DNA of 32,000 nt from Sulfolobus virus STSV1, in the sequence record NC_006268.1. One strand, written 5' to 3'. Positions 9,532 through 18,505 of this stretch are shown here, piece by piece. The notes under the pieces were generated by a model that was not told the origin of the DNA, searched no databases, and was given only the letters and a program-made list of their open reading frames with translations. A program made the translations under genes and the position numbers. Within the stretch, counting starts at the first letter, position 1. Each line of letters opens with the position of its first letter.

Positions 9532-11805
9532 TTATAAGAGTTGTGTCTGTGCTCTTTGCGTTGTTGTGCTAGAAGAAAGTACTGATGGTGCTGCTGCTAT
9601 TGCTGCATCACCTACTACATTTATTACTGCGTTTAAAGCATTAACTGCAGCATCATACGTTGCGTTTTGTGTGAAGTTTTGACCTGTAATCGTGCTTAAT
9701 GCATTGATGAGATTTAGATAATATTTTGCTTGTTCTTTATACTGTATTGCAGCATTCTTATCTCCATTTTTTAAAGCCTCATATGCTTTTGCAGCATAAT
9801 CATATAAAGAGATTAGCAAACCATTCATCTTCATTGTAAATGTGCTTCCTGGCTCTTGTGCCAAAGCCATTATGTAAGGGGCATATTGTGGTGCTGCAGC
9901 TATTGCATCTGCATAATCATTATTCATCAGATAGTTTGCGACTGTTTGATTATATTGCACCTGTACTTCTTGTGATGAATTATTTGGTGAGAATCCTGAT
10001 ACGATGTTATTAATGTAAGTGCTTAATCCATTAAGGTATGGATTATTAGTATTTGCTAATGCTGAAAGTTGATCAACAATGTTTTGTGGATTTTGGCTCT
10101 GGATAAATGCTGTGTTAAGCTCTTGTATCAAGTTCTGAACTTGATTAATCGTACTTATTGCTTGATCAATATCTGCTGTATCGTTAGTGTATGATTTTAA
10201 TTGATTCAATATCTGAAGGGCCTCATTCAGATTACCGCTTTGTAGTGCATTTTGAAGATTTGCAGTTAGACTCTGCGTGCTTGTACCTACTTGCTGCTGT
10301 GCGCTTTGTAATAATTGTGCTACAGTATTTGCCTCATTGCTTAGATAATTGGTTAAATACGAAGTGATTGGATTGCTGCCTACTTGGTTTGCAATTTGTT
10401 GCAATTGGTTTGCAATTTGTTGCAGTGTATTAACATCTGATAAAGTGTATTGCTTCTTATTTTGTTCTTGCTGAATTGTGTTAGTAATATTATTTAATTG
10501 CTGCTGTACGCTACTCAATATCTGAATTGCCTGAGAGATGGTATTTGCATCTTGAGAATCACCTATTTGATTGGCAGTTTGTTCACCACTCTGTAAGGCG
10601 GTGATTGCTGCATTTATATTACCATTCTGCAAATCGTTTTGTACTTGGCTAATTAGACTTTGGAATTGTTGCTGTAATTGTTGTAATTGTTTCTGTTGTT
10701 GCTGCTGTAAGTAGTTTTGTATGTTAGTTTGTACTTGTTGCGCAGTACTCGCTAAATTATTTATATAGGTAGATAAGTAAGAGGTAATTGTGTTATTACC
10801 AATACTATTGTTTATGTTGTTTAATGTACTAATAGCATTTTGAATAGTCTGTAGATCACTTTGTGTGTAGCTACTTTTGTTAGCTTCTTGTTGTATTGTA
10901 CTGGCAACACTACTTAATTGTTGCTGTATGTTATTCAAGATCTGTACTGCCTGTGAAATAGTACTTGCAGCTTGCGTATAACTAATTTGATTTGCGAGTT
11001 GACCGCCACTCTGTAAGGCAGAAAGGGCTCCACTTATGTTACCACTCTGTAAATCATTCTCAGCTTGAGAAATGTAGTTCTGTACTTGCTGCGTATTTGG
11101 TCCAGTACTGCCTCCGCCACCGCCAGAACCGCCGCCGGAGTTTGGATTGTTATTTCCTCCACCACCGCCAGAGTTTGGCGGACTGGAACTACCCCCACCA
11201 CCGCCAGAACCACCACCAGAATTTGGATTAGAACTACCCCCACCACCGCCAGAACCAGGGCTCGAGCTGTTTGGTGAGTTGTTAGAACTGCCTGATTGGT
11301 TATTAAGGTAGTTTTGTATTTTTTGTTGAACTGATTGTGCTTGTTGATATAGACTGTTTAAATAATTTGCAAGAGGACCAGCGTATGGATTTCCACCATT
11401 TGCTTCTGCGTCTAAGCCATTAACAACATTCTCCAAATTATTTACAATAGTACTAATTGTGTCCAAATCATTTTTTGTATACGAACTTTGTTGTTGTAAT
11501 TGAAGTATTGTGTTTCTATATTGATCATAATTATATGCAGTAAGAACTTTTAGGACTTGCTCCGCATCATAAGCATCACCTTGATTACCAATTTGCTTAT
11601 CATATTGTATTATTCCGTTTAGAATATCTTGTACATCAGCAGGAGAAACACCAACACTAACGATTTGCCCATTTTGAACTGTTTGTGTACATTGAGCAGG
11701 GCCTTGTCCAGTACTGTATAGTGGAGGAGGGTTGTACGCTTCAAATGGAATTTGGTAAGCCATTAACCAACCTTGATTTGTGCATGGTTGCGAAGATTCT
11801 GACAT
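9532..11805 (-). CDS. Gln-rich repeat protein with Gly/Ser/Pro/Asn-rich linker, likely virion-associated
   Basis: 757 aa. About four diverged ~125-aa repeats of the type (S)xAxNxLQSGNxxxALxxLQSG...NPxxxYLxxYLNNL, one of them separated from the rest by a low-complexity linker SPGSGGGGGSSNPNSGGGSGGGGGSS.... Confidence 0.9.
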   Translation of the reverse strand: MSESSQPCTNQGWLMAYQIPFEAYNPPPLYSTGQGPAQCTQTVQNGQIVSVGVSPADVQDILNGIIQYDKQIGNQGDAYDAEQVLKVLTAYNYDQYRNTILQLQQQSSYTKNDLDTISTIVNNLENVVNGLDAEANGGNPYAGPLANYLNSLYQQAQSVQQKIQNYLNNQSGSSNNSPNSSSPGSGGGGGSSNPNSGGGSGGGGGSSSPPNSGGGGGNNNPNSGGGSGGGGGSTGPNTQQVQNYISQAENDLQSGNISGALSALQSGGQLANQISYTQAASTISQAVQILNNIQQQLSSVASTIQQEANKSSYTQSDLQTIQNAISTLNNINNSIGNNTITSYLSTYINNLASTAQQVQTNIQNYLQQQQQKQLQQLQQQFQSLISQVQNDLQNGNINAAITALQSGEQTANQIGDSQDANTISQAIQILSSVQQQLNNITNTIQQEQNKKQYTLSDVNTLQQIANQLQQIANQVGSNPITSYLTNYLSNEANTVAQLLQSAQQQVGTSTQSLTANLQNALQSGNLNEALQILNQLKSYTNDTADIDQAISTINQVQNLIQELNTAFIQSQNPQNIVDQLSALANTNNPYLNGLSTYINNIVSGFSPNNSSQEVQVQYNQTVANYLMNNDYADAIAAAPQYAPYIMALAQEPGSTFTMKMNGLLISLYDYAAKAYEALKNGDKNAAIQYKEQAKYYLNLINALSTITGQNFTQNATYDAAVNALNAVINVVGDAAIAAAPSVLSSSTTTQRAQTQLL
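11100..11285 (-). repeat. Low-complexity Gly/Ser/Asn/Pro-encoding minisatellite-like region
   Basis: Repeated gaactacccccaccaccgccagaaccaccaccagaatttggatta units (as + strand) coding for GGGG-S-NPNSGG. Confidence 0.85.
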
Positions 11806-11840
11806 CTCACTCTCCTCTCTCTAAAAATATTAAAGCAAAA

Positions 11841-11854
11841 TTAAAAAGAGTCAC
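11841..11854 (-). promoter_or_regulatory. Putative promoter for the 757-aa gene (AGTGACTCTTTTTAA on minus)
   Basis: TATA-like TTTTTAA 36 bp upstream of the start codon, a variant (GACTC) of the recurrent GAGTCTTTTTA motif. Confidence 0.4.
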
Positions 11855-11868
11855 TCAGAAGGCTTTTC

Positions 11869-11945
11869 GGTAAATTTACCAAATTCTTACTTGTTGAACA
11901 TATTTTGGTAAATTTGCTGAATTATCATGACAATTCGGTAGATTT
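11869..11945. promoter_or_regulatory. Palindromic element copy 2 between divergent genes, plus satellite palindrome GGTAAATTTACC
   Basis: ttggtaaatttgctGAATTaTCATGAcAATTCggtagattt at 11905-11945. GGTAAATTTACC at 11869-11880 is a perfect 12-bp palindrome. Both sit in the divergent intergenic region between the 757-aa (-) and 166-aa (+) genes. Confidence 0.75.
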
Positions 11946-11991
11946 GAAGAAAAAGCTAATCTTTTTTAATTTATAACGCTTACTTAAGATT

Positions 11992-12492
11992 ATGAGTGAG
12001 ATATCTCCATCAAATCCGCTACAACGAATCTCATCTAATTTCATAACAATCTTGCATAGTTTACCGCCTACATATCAGGCTGAGACAATACAATACATCA
12101 AAACGACGCTACTCAACAATGGCCTACAGCAAATTGTACCACAGTACCTTAGCCAATTAGTCCCCTCTACTACTCCAGCAGCTATTCTTTCATCTATCCA
12201 AAAAGAAATAACTACTGGACAAGGTGAGAAAATAAAAATACAACAGTTGCCAGAACTAGTAGAGCAAACGCAAAACTTGATTGAGCAACTGCCTTCAGTA
12301 ATTGCAAGAACTCAACTGAGTGTTAAAGAAGCGCCTGCGGTTCTTGCAGCGATTATTGCTGTACCATACATTAAACAAAATATTTTACCAAAAGTGATCC
12401 AAACATCATCTAGTTCAGTAAAACAACTGCCTAGTGTGCTTGGTAATGTTGAGACTGAAGTGTTAACATCGCCATTAGTAATAAAGGGATGA
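11992..12492 (+). CDS. Hypothetical protein
   Basis: 166 aa, MSEISPSNPLQRISSN.... Upstream TATA-like cttttttaattta about 30 bp before the ATG. Confidence 0.85.
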   Translation: MSEISPSNPLQRISSNFITILHSLPPTYQAETIQYIKTTLLNNGLQQIVPQYLSQLVPSTTPAAILSSIQKEITTGQGEKIKIQQLPELVEQTQNLIEQLPSVIARTQLSVKEAPAVLAAIIAVPYIKQNILPKVIQTSSSSVKQLPSVLGNVETEVLTSPLVIKG

Positions 12493-12542
12493 AAGAAGAA
12501 GAAAAGAATTTTAAAAAAATCGAAAAATAGCTTTTTTTCTTA

Positions 12543-12917
12543 TTATTTCTTACCGAAGAAGCCTATTATATACTTCATTGCTACACCGATTGCTGCTAGT
12601 ATTACTACTATTATTATAATTTCGAAGAGTGTTTGTGAGAAGGTTAACGTGAAGTTAACACCACTTGAGATTTTCGAAGTTATGTTACTATTTTGTGGTA
12701 ATGTTGGGATTAATGTTCCTCCCAGTATACCTATTACGAAATATCCTACTATAATTAATACAATGACAAATACTGCAACCTTGGCAAGATTCATGAAAGT
12801 ATCGCTATCAAAATCTCCTCCTCCGCCGCCACCGTTTGATGATTTATAGAACCTTCCTAGCTTCTTTGCTACCTTTGCTGCTGCTCTATTATTGGCATTT
12901 ATGAGCCATCCCACCAT
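12543..12917 (-). CDS. Small membrane protein with two TM segments and a Gly-rich linker
   Basis: 124 aa. KVAVFVIVLIIVGYFVIGILGG and TLFEIIIIVVILAAIGVAMKYIIGFF, with a GGGGGG stretch. Minus promoter GGAGTCTTTTTATA at 12948-12961. Confidence 0.85.
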   Translation of the reverse strand: MVGWLINANNRAAAKVAKKLGRFYKSSNGGGGGGDFDSDTFMNLAKVAVFVIVLIIVGYFVIGILGGTLIPTLPQNSNITSKISSGVNFTLTFSQTLFEIIIIVVILAAIGVAMKYIIGFFGKK

Positions 12918-12947
12918 CTTTTCTCGGTACTTTTTACATTATTCGAG

Positions 12948-12961
12948 TATAAAAAGACTCC
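12948..12961 (-). promoter_or_regulatory. Putative promoter GGAGTCTTTTTATA
   Basis: Reverse complement of tataaaaagactcc, 31 bp upstream of the 124-aa gene start. Confidence 0.6.
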
Positions 12962-12986
12962 TTAAACACATTAGCAACAGCTTAAC

Positions 12987-13000
12987 GAGTCTTTTTATAT
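12987..13000 (+). promoter_or_regulatory. Putative promoter GAGTCTTTTTATAT of the coat protein gene
   Basis: TATA-like box about 35 bp upstream of the ATG at 13031. Divergent to the promoter at 12948-12961. Confidence 0.6.
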
Positions 13001-13030
13001 CTCATTTTGAAAAAAGGTTATTGACCAAAG

Positions 13031-13465
13031 ATGGCAAGAGAGGAACCATACAAGGGCGACTACGTAGGAGGAGTAGCAAAGATATTACAAGGCTATTTTG
13101 CAAACTATTATGGATTCCCCAACGTTTCATTAAGGTTAGCTGGTGAAGAGGCGAATCTTAGTAAAACTGGGCATGCTAATGCAAAAGCAATAGTACATGA
13201 AATGATAAAAGTAATCAAAGAAGCTTCAAAACCATTAAGAAGGGGAAAAGGCTTCAAAGAGGCATGGGTATATTTCAGTCAAGTGCCAGAAAATGCTCCA
13301 CCTAACAGTACAGCATTACCACCAAACATTGCTCAGCAAGTAAAAGCGAAACTAGAAGCATTATATCAACAGTTACTAGCTACAAGAGCGGCTGCTAGTG
13401 AGGCAGCAAAAGCCCCAGCTTACACTAATCCAACTCCAGGCTTAACTATGCAGGCTAGTATGTAA
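13031..13465 (+). CDS. Major coat (capsid) protein of bicaudavirus/large spindle-shaped virus type
   Basis: 144 aa [23 protein letters not shown]...[37 protein letters not shown]. Resembles the recalled ATV coat protein pattern (KGDY.GG..KIL...LAGEEAN). Confidence 0.85.
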   Translation: MAREEPYKGDYVGGVAKILQGYFANYYGFPNVSLRLAGEEANLSKTGHANAKAIVHEMIKVIKEASKPLRRGKGFKEAWVYFSQVPENAPPNSTALPPNIAQQVKAKLEALYQQLLATRAAASEAAKAPAYTNPTPGLTMQASM

Positions 13466-13507
13466 AAGTAAAGCTAAAGTAATTTTTTTATATTCTCTTC
13501 TTCTCAA

Positions 13508-13520
13508 GGAGACTTTTTTA
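13508..13520 (+). promoter_or_regulatory. Putative promoter GGAGACTTTTTTA
   Basis: 24-36 bp upstream of the ATG at 13544, a variant of the recurrent motif. Confidence 0.45.
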
Positions 13521-13543
13521 CCTTTGCGATATTAAATTAACGT

Positions 13544-15766
13544 ATGAGATTCAGAATAAGATACTTATTCATGTTGGCCTTTCTAATCTTTATCATTACA
13601 ACGATTGCCTCTGCAGCTATCCAGCAGATAAACATCCTAGTCAACATTCCGCCATCTTTAACTGGAAACAACTTGTTTTTCGTCATTCCATTGAAGGTTA
13701 ATAATAGCGTAATAACCAATAATAATTTTTATGTTATCAATAACTATGGCTATTATGAATACTCTTATCTTTTCTCATCCACTCCACCACTATTAACACT
13801 ATACCAAGCACAAGCTACAAACACAACGTATTACGTTACGTTTGGAAACGGAATAACACCACAGTACGTTTCAACCAACATATACTCGAACCTTTTCACA
13901 TTCTATCTAATAAACACTACAATTTTTAATGTAAGTGGTGTTACAGCAAGCGCTGGAATTGCGACTTTTGCGAATAACAGTCACCTATGGTTCCAACCAT
14001 CTACATCCCGTTACATTCCGTCTTCAGTCCTATTCCTTTACAACATTTTACCGTCAGCAACCTTATCTGTTAGCCCATTAATATACTCTGGCCAACCATT
14101 ACAGGCTGGCGCTGCAGTATTCTTTAACCTATTTCAATCATCAACTACATACACGTTCTCAGCACAATACTTGAACGTACCTTACCTTTTCCTAAATTAC
14201 ATACAATATCCTACACTACAAATAACTAACAATCAGGTAGCAATCAACAATTTCCCACCAGTGCCAGTAAAGCCGGTCTCCGAAGTGATAGTAACTCAAA
14301 ATCAAACCATCGTGTCAAACGTTACCTTCCACACTACTCCAATTATCACACCTTCATCATCATTCTCAACAACTTATATAGCAGCTTTTGCAGCAATCTA
14401 TTCTCAAACTGGTTCATCCGTTTATGGTTTAGCCCCACTCATCTTCACTCAATCAATGATAAATGGTTCTAACCTATACGCAGTAGAAAATGGAAAATTT
14501 GTAACTGTGGGTACTGCGCCCTCATCCTTATCCTTAGTCAACAATCCGCAAATGTTTGTAATAAACTTAGGTAATAATGCAAAGAACATAACATTGTATG
14601 GAGTTCCAATAGGCTCTACAATTGCCGTAACGTATTCAAATAGTACAACTAAAACGTTTATTGCACAAGGGCAAGTAGTTAATAACGTTGGTCCATTGAA
14701 GTTAACTAACTATGGTATTCCAGCTGGTAGTGGAATTACTACGATGGTAATCACTTTGCCAGGCTCTCAAGACATTTACACTGCGCAAATAGGCTTTACC
14801 GATTTTGTTCATGCTTTTTATGTGAATTTAACAAATGGTTTTGCAACCGTAGATGTTAATGGCACACAATTAGTTACACTTGGGCAAGTAGTTTTACCAG
14901 CAAATATTGTTATTGGAACACAGCAAGTTGGTTCAAACACTTACCTTCTTGGCCTTGTACAATCATACACTGGACAAGTTTATAATTTCTTAGTACCACT
15001 AAACTATCCAGTCTATAACGTTGTACCTTACGTAAAATATGTGACATACACTGGCCAACCATTGTTATTAACTGAAATAGGCGTTTATCCAGCGAATGGT
15101 TTGTTCTACACTTTAAATGGACAAATTAAGCTTAGTGTTTCCACGCCTTATCCAATTACTGCTACAGTGGAAACAATAGTTACATCGCCTGGCTTAACGC
15201 TTTCGATTAATAATGGTAAAGTAAACGTTTATACTAATTCTTCTACATCTTCTTCAAACTTGGTAATAGAAGGGGCAAATGGTTACCAGCTACAGTTGAT
15301 TTATCAAAACGTACAAACTACTACCCCAATAACATCAAACTACTACTCAGTTCAGATACCTTCAAATATGCCGGCCTTAGTTTCAGTTGATCCATCATCA
15401 AGAGTTATTATTGTTAATGCTAATGCTATCCAGCAGCAACAGGCACAATACATTAACCAAAAAGTAACTCTAAACCAACCATTAAACGTGACAATAGCCC
15501 AATTGCAAATTACACCAATAAAAGTACAATTGCCAACAGTTAGTACTAACCAAATAGTTCAAATTGTTACGAACTATGCCTATGCGGCATTTGGAATTTA
15601 CTTGATAAATAGAAACCTTGAAATTACAAACACATTATGGTATGGTTCAATGCTCTTGAGTTTACTGGGATTCATTGTAGCTATAGTAATTTCAGACAAA
15701 GCATTAACAGCTATGTCATTGTTACTACTTGTAGTTAGCTTTGGTTTAAGATATATTGGAAAATAG
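13544..15766 (+). CDS. Large secreted/membrane-anchored beta-rich virion surface-like protein
   Basis: 740 aa with an N-terminal signal-like segment (YLFMLAFLIFIITTIASAA), a long N/T/V/Y-rich ectodomain, and two C-terminal TM helices (MLLSLLGFIVAIVISDKALTAMSLLLLVVSFGLRY). Confidence 0.85.
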   Translation: MRFRIRYLFMLAFLIFIITTIASAAIQQINILVNIPPSLTGNNLFFVIPLKVNNSVITNNNFYVINNYGYYEYSYLFSSTPPLLTLYQAQATNTTYYVTFGNGITPQYVSTNIYSNLFTFYLINTTIFNVSGVTASAGIATFANNSHLWFQPSTSRYIPSSVLFLYNILPSATLSVSPLIYSGQPLQAGAAVFFNLFQSSTTYTFSAQYLNVPYLFLNYIQYPTLQITNNQVAINNFPPVPVKPVSEVIVTQNQTIVSNVTFHTTPIITPSSSFSTTYIAAFAAIYSQTGSSVYGLAPLIFTQSMINGSNLYAVENGKFVTVGTAPSSLSLVNNPQMFVINLGNNAKNITLYGVPIGSTIAVTYSNSTTKTFIAQGQVVNNVGPLKLTNYGIPAGSGITTMVITLPGSQDIYTAQIGFTDFVHAFYVNLTNGFATVDVNGTQLVTLGQVVLPANIVIGTQQVGSNTYLLGLVQSYTGQVYNFLVPLNYPVYNVVPYVKYVTYTGQPLLLTEIGVYPANGLFYTLNGQIKLSVSTPYPITATVETIVTSPGLTLSINNGKVNVYTNSSTSSSNLVIEGANGYQLQLIYQNVQTTTPITSNYYSVQIPSNMPALVSVDPSSRVIIVNANAIQQQQAQYINQKVTLNQPLNVTIAQLQITPIKVQLPTVSTNQIVQIVTNYAYAAFGIYLINRNLEITNTLWYGSMLLSLLGFIVAIVISDKALTAMSLLLLVVSFGLRYIGK

Positions 15767-15767
15767 A

Positions 15768-16418
15768 TCAAAAGAGAACTGGCCTTGCGCCAAGCAATGG
15801 CGCCCTATATAAGAAGAATGCTTTTGGTGCCAACAATATTAATTCAGCATCTCTTGTTGTTGGATCCATATACGCATAACCAAAAACTTCATATTTTAAC
15901 CTCCATTTTTCTTTATCTGGTGTGAAATAGGTTTCCATTGAAAATTGTGATGCTGGTGATGCTGTTTCTGTTAGCACACAATGCTGGCCTTGTACTTCGT
16001 CACAAAGCGTGAAGAGTTTGCGTAGTATTCTTGGACTCTTATCTTTTTGCCTAAGTTTTTCTAACTTTTCTAGCGCAATATCTGAGAGATTTGCACGTAT
16101 ATAAACTAAAACCTTTGCTGGCTCGTAATTTGCCAGAGTGTTAATAAATAGTGAAAGATTGATTGGTGTTTGCATACGCATTTTATACACACGTTTTAAC
16201 TCCCCAGTTAAAATAAAACCGAAAGGTCTGGCCTCTTTTACCAGTGGTTTTAACAAATACAGTTTAGGTTTCGTGTAGGATTTCAAAATGTCAACTGTAT
16301 AGGGCAAGTATGATAATTTCGGCGTTAAGGTTGTTTTTGGTTTTGATTTTTTTGAAAAAATCATATTACTCATGCTCCAAAATTGTATATTTTGGATACT
16401 CTTTAGGTATTTTTTCAC
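15768..16418 (-). CDS. Hypothetical protein
   Basis: 216 aa; convergent with the 740-aa gene with a 1-bp gap. The true start may be an internal Met (MIFSKKSKPK...). Confidence 0.75.
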   Translation of the reverse strand: MKKYLKSIQNIQFWSMSNMIFSKKSKPKTTLTPKLSYLPYTVDILKSYTKPKLYLLKPLVKEARPFGFILTGELKRVYKMRMQTPINLSLFINTLANYEPAKVLVYIRANLSDIALEKLEKLRQKDKSPRILRKLFTLCDEVQGQHCVLTETASPASQFSMETYFTPDKEKWRLKYEVFGYAYMDPTTRDAELILLAPKAFFLYRAPLLGARPVLF

Positions 16419-16854
16419 ATGGCACTACGTAAATACGTAAGAGATCTTCTAGTCTTGAATCATTCGTGGTTATTTTCGCAATTTGCTCAATCTCAATGCA
16501 TGTTTCCCCTCCTTTATGGTCATTAGCAGTAGTATATGTAATTTTGATTATAACGTGATTTATATCCTTAAGAGGATATGATTTTACAGAAGTAACTATA
16601 GCATCTTTTGGAATAGGATAAAGCGAACCAAGTCTACTAACAAGACCGCTAACTATCGTGAACTTGATAAGTTCACGTTCCCTTGGATCATCAAAAGCCT
16701 GTAAAAACAAGTGTAAATCGTATGTAAATACTCTTCCAGGGTTCTTGTCTAGTAGTAACACGTTTTTAAAAATTTGAACAATAAAAGTAATATCAAACGG
16801 AGACTTTTGACCTTGCATACTAGCCTTTCGTTCAGCTGTTGTAGCTTCTGCCAT
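16366..16854 (-). CDS. Hypothetical protein
   Basis: 162 aa MAEATTAERKASMQGQKSPFDITFIVQ.... 3' end overlaps the following minus ORF, consistent with an operon. Confidence 0.8.
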   Translation of the reverse strand: MAEATTAERKASMQGQKSPFDITFIVQIFKNVLLLDKNPGRVFTYDLHLFLQAFDDPRERELIKFTIVSGLVSRLGSLYPIPKDAIVTSVKSYPLKDINHVIIKITYTTANDHKGGETCIEIEQIAKITTNDSRLEDLLRIYVVPCEKIPKEYPKYTILEHE

Positions 16855-16883
16855 ACCTATTTATTATATCATTGAGTTTATAT

Positions 16884-17213
16884 TTATTGTGATTCTTGTC
16901 TTCTTATTGCAGTAGCTAAACCTAGCATAAAGAAGGCAGCTAAGAAAATGACAATAGTAATTACAATTATATTTAACCCTATACTCCCTTGTGTTGCAAA
17001 TGCCTGTTGCTGATGTATTGCCTTATTATAATATTGCTCTCCTTCTGCTGAGATGTTGCCAGTAATTTGATAGCCAATTTTATCAAGAGTTGTTACTTGT
17101 GAAAGCAGGAGATCAGCAACAAAGTATAATGTAGGGATAAAGATGGCTAGAACTATCAGTATCTTTATATAAACTGATGAGATCTTTGATGCACTGTCGT
17201 CGCTGCCACTCAT
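16884..17213 (-). CDS. Two-TM small membrane protein (start re-assigned)
   Basis: Track lists the start at 17291, but the Met at 17213 (MSGSDDSASKISSVYIKILIVLAIF...) fits a leaderless start about 25 bp from a TATA-like box (rc TATTTAATA). TM segments at both ends. Confidence 0.7.
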   Translation of the reverse strand: MSGSDDSASKISSVYIKILIVLAIFIPTLYFVADLLLSQVTTLDKIGYQITGNISAEGEQYYNKAIHQQQAFATQGSIGLNIIVITIVIFLAAFFMLGLATAIRRQESQ

Positions 17214-17244
17214 ATTTAAAAGTTTGAAAAACAAAGTATTAAAT

Positions 17245-17643
17245 ATGATAGCTAAATCCAGTGGCTCATCACCACCATTTTCAACATTCAACGACTCAGC
17301 ACCACCATACTCAACGACAACGTATATACTTCTCCTTATCCTGGCTCCAATAGTAACATTATTGCTTTACTATTTATTTTCTACTATGATTCCGCAATTC
17401 CTCAAAGTAAATAATGAGTTGGCGACAGTATTATCAAATGTGACAAATAATACGGTAAACGAATATACTGTTGGTAATGTAACTGTTGAATATTTGAATG
17501 GAAGTTATAATAATGCAGTAAGCCCATTAGCAGTAACAGTGGCATTCTTTTCATATTTGCTGACTAGCCCATATACAATAGCAATACTGTTTGGTATTGC
17601 ATTAATTTTCTACGCATTATTTTCAATTAAAAGAAGAGGCTAA
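17245..17643 (+). CDS. Two-TM small membrane protein (start re-assigned)
   Basis: The track start at 17224 is a TTG codon. ATG at 17245 (MIAKSSGSSPPFSTFN...) lies about 25-30 bp after tttaaa at 17215-17220. TMs: ILLLILAPIVTLLLYYLF and IAILFGIALIFYALF. Confidence 0.7.
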   Translation: MIAKSSGSSPPFSTFNDSAPPYSTTTYILLLILAPIVTLLLYYLFSTMIPQFLKVNNELATVLSNVTNNTVNEYTVGNVTVEYLNGSYNNAVSPLAVTVAFFSYLLTSPYTIAILFGIALIFYALFSIKRRG

Positions 17644-17676
17644 AGGCTTATTATTTTTTCTTTCCTATTTTTACTT

Positions 17677-17811
17677 ATGACGAAAAAAGATAAGGAAGAA
17701 GAACAACAAGCTACAAAAGCAACTGAGAGAGTGGTTATCGCAAGAGTAGATCCTCTACTGATTGTTAAAAGTTTAGAGGTTACTAAAAGTTTAGAACAGA
17801 CAAAGGACTAA
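17677..17811 (+). CDS. 44-aa small protein, paralog of the N-terminus of the following 182-aa protein (absent from ORF track)
   Basis: MTKKDKEEEQQATKATERVVIARVDPLLIVKSLEVTKSLEQTKD*. Aligns with MAKKENEQQQAAKASEKSIVARLDPLLVARSLEQ of the next ORF. Confidence 0.65.
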   Translation: MTKKDKEEEQQATKATERVVIARVDPLLIVKSLEVTKSLEQTKD

Positions 17812-17842
17812 GATTTATTATTTTTATTTCCTAATTACAAAT

Positions 17843-18391
17843 ATGGCAAAAAAGGAGAATGAACAACAACAGGCTGCGAAAGCATCTGAGAAATCTATCG
17901 TAGCAAGGCTTGATCCTCTCCTAGTCGCTAGAAGCCTAGAACAAGCAGTAATGTCTGCACGAGTTCCTACAGACAACCTGGTGGAAAAGGATTTACAAGC
18001 CGCTAACCAACTTGTAGCAGCAGTTGCAAAGGATATCGAAGAATTGGTAAAGCCAGTTTACCTTGAAGGATGGCAGAGATTCTCAATATCTGCATCAACG
18101 CTAGAGGCAGACTTCAGTAGAATACTTACATCGATTCTTGAGGTGTTAGAATCATATCTCATTGAAATAAGGAAGTACATTCAAACAAGACTAAGAGAGG
18201 CCCTAGAGGCAAGAGATGTTGAAAAACTAAGACAATATGGCTATATGCTAACCATTTTACAAAGGGCTATCGTCATCGCAGTTTATAACATATTACAATC
18301 TATTGTAGGTAAAATAAAGGTCAACTTGCCTCTAACATATGGTTCACAAGAATACAATCACGCTGTAATTGGAGTTGCGCACTTAGACTAA
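17843..18391 (+). CDS. Hypothetical helical protein
   Basis: 182 aa; N-terminal ~35 aa duplicated upstream. Stop TAA at 18389-18391 is followed immediately by the TTCGAA element. Confidence 0.85.
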   Translation: MAKKENEQQQAAKASEKSIVARLDPLLVARSLEQAVMSARVPTDNLVEKDLQAANQLVAAVAKDIEELVKPVYLEGWQRFSISASTLEADFSRILTSILEVLESYLIEIRKYIQTRLREALEARDVEKLRQYGYMLTILQRAIVIAVYNILQSIVGKIKVNLPLTYGSQEYNHAVIGVAHLD

Positions 18392-18473
18392 TTTTTTCGA
18401 ACTTTTGAAACCATTTAATGCTTTATTTTTCACGTAATAAGTTCGAAGTTCCTGTATATAGCAAAAGTTAGAA
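18389..18473. repeat. TTCGAA-containing non-coding repeat, copy A
   Basis: taattttttcgaacttttgaaaccatttaatgctttatttttcacgtaataagttcgaagttcctgtatatagcaaaagttagaa. About 4 mismatches against 31916-32000. End inverted repeats ttcgaacttttg / caaaagttagaa (11/12). Confidence 0.9.
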
Positions 18474-18505
18474 TTTCGAAAGTGAAAGTAGATGAGTGAA
18501 AACCT

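Noticed and set aside
10992-11277. ORFs of 79, 70 and 70 aa around the Gly-rich linker
   Set aside because: Low-complexity repetitive translations (TTPTTARTT..., VVAVLAVV...) created by the glycine-codon tract of the 757-aa gene in other frames.
12649-13146. 66-aa and 84-aa plus ORFs near the coat gene
   Set aside because: The first is antisense to the 124-aa membrane protein. The second spans the divergent promoter region and runs out of frame into the coat gene.
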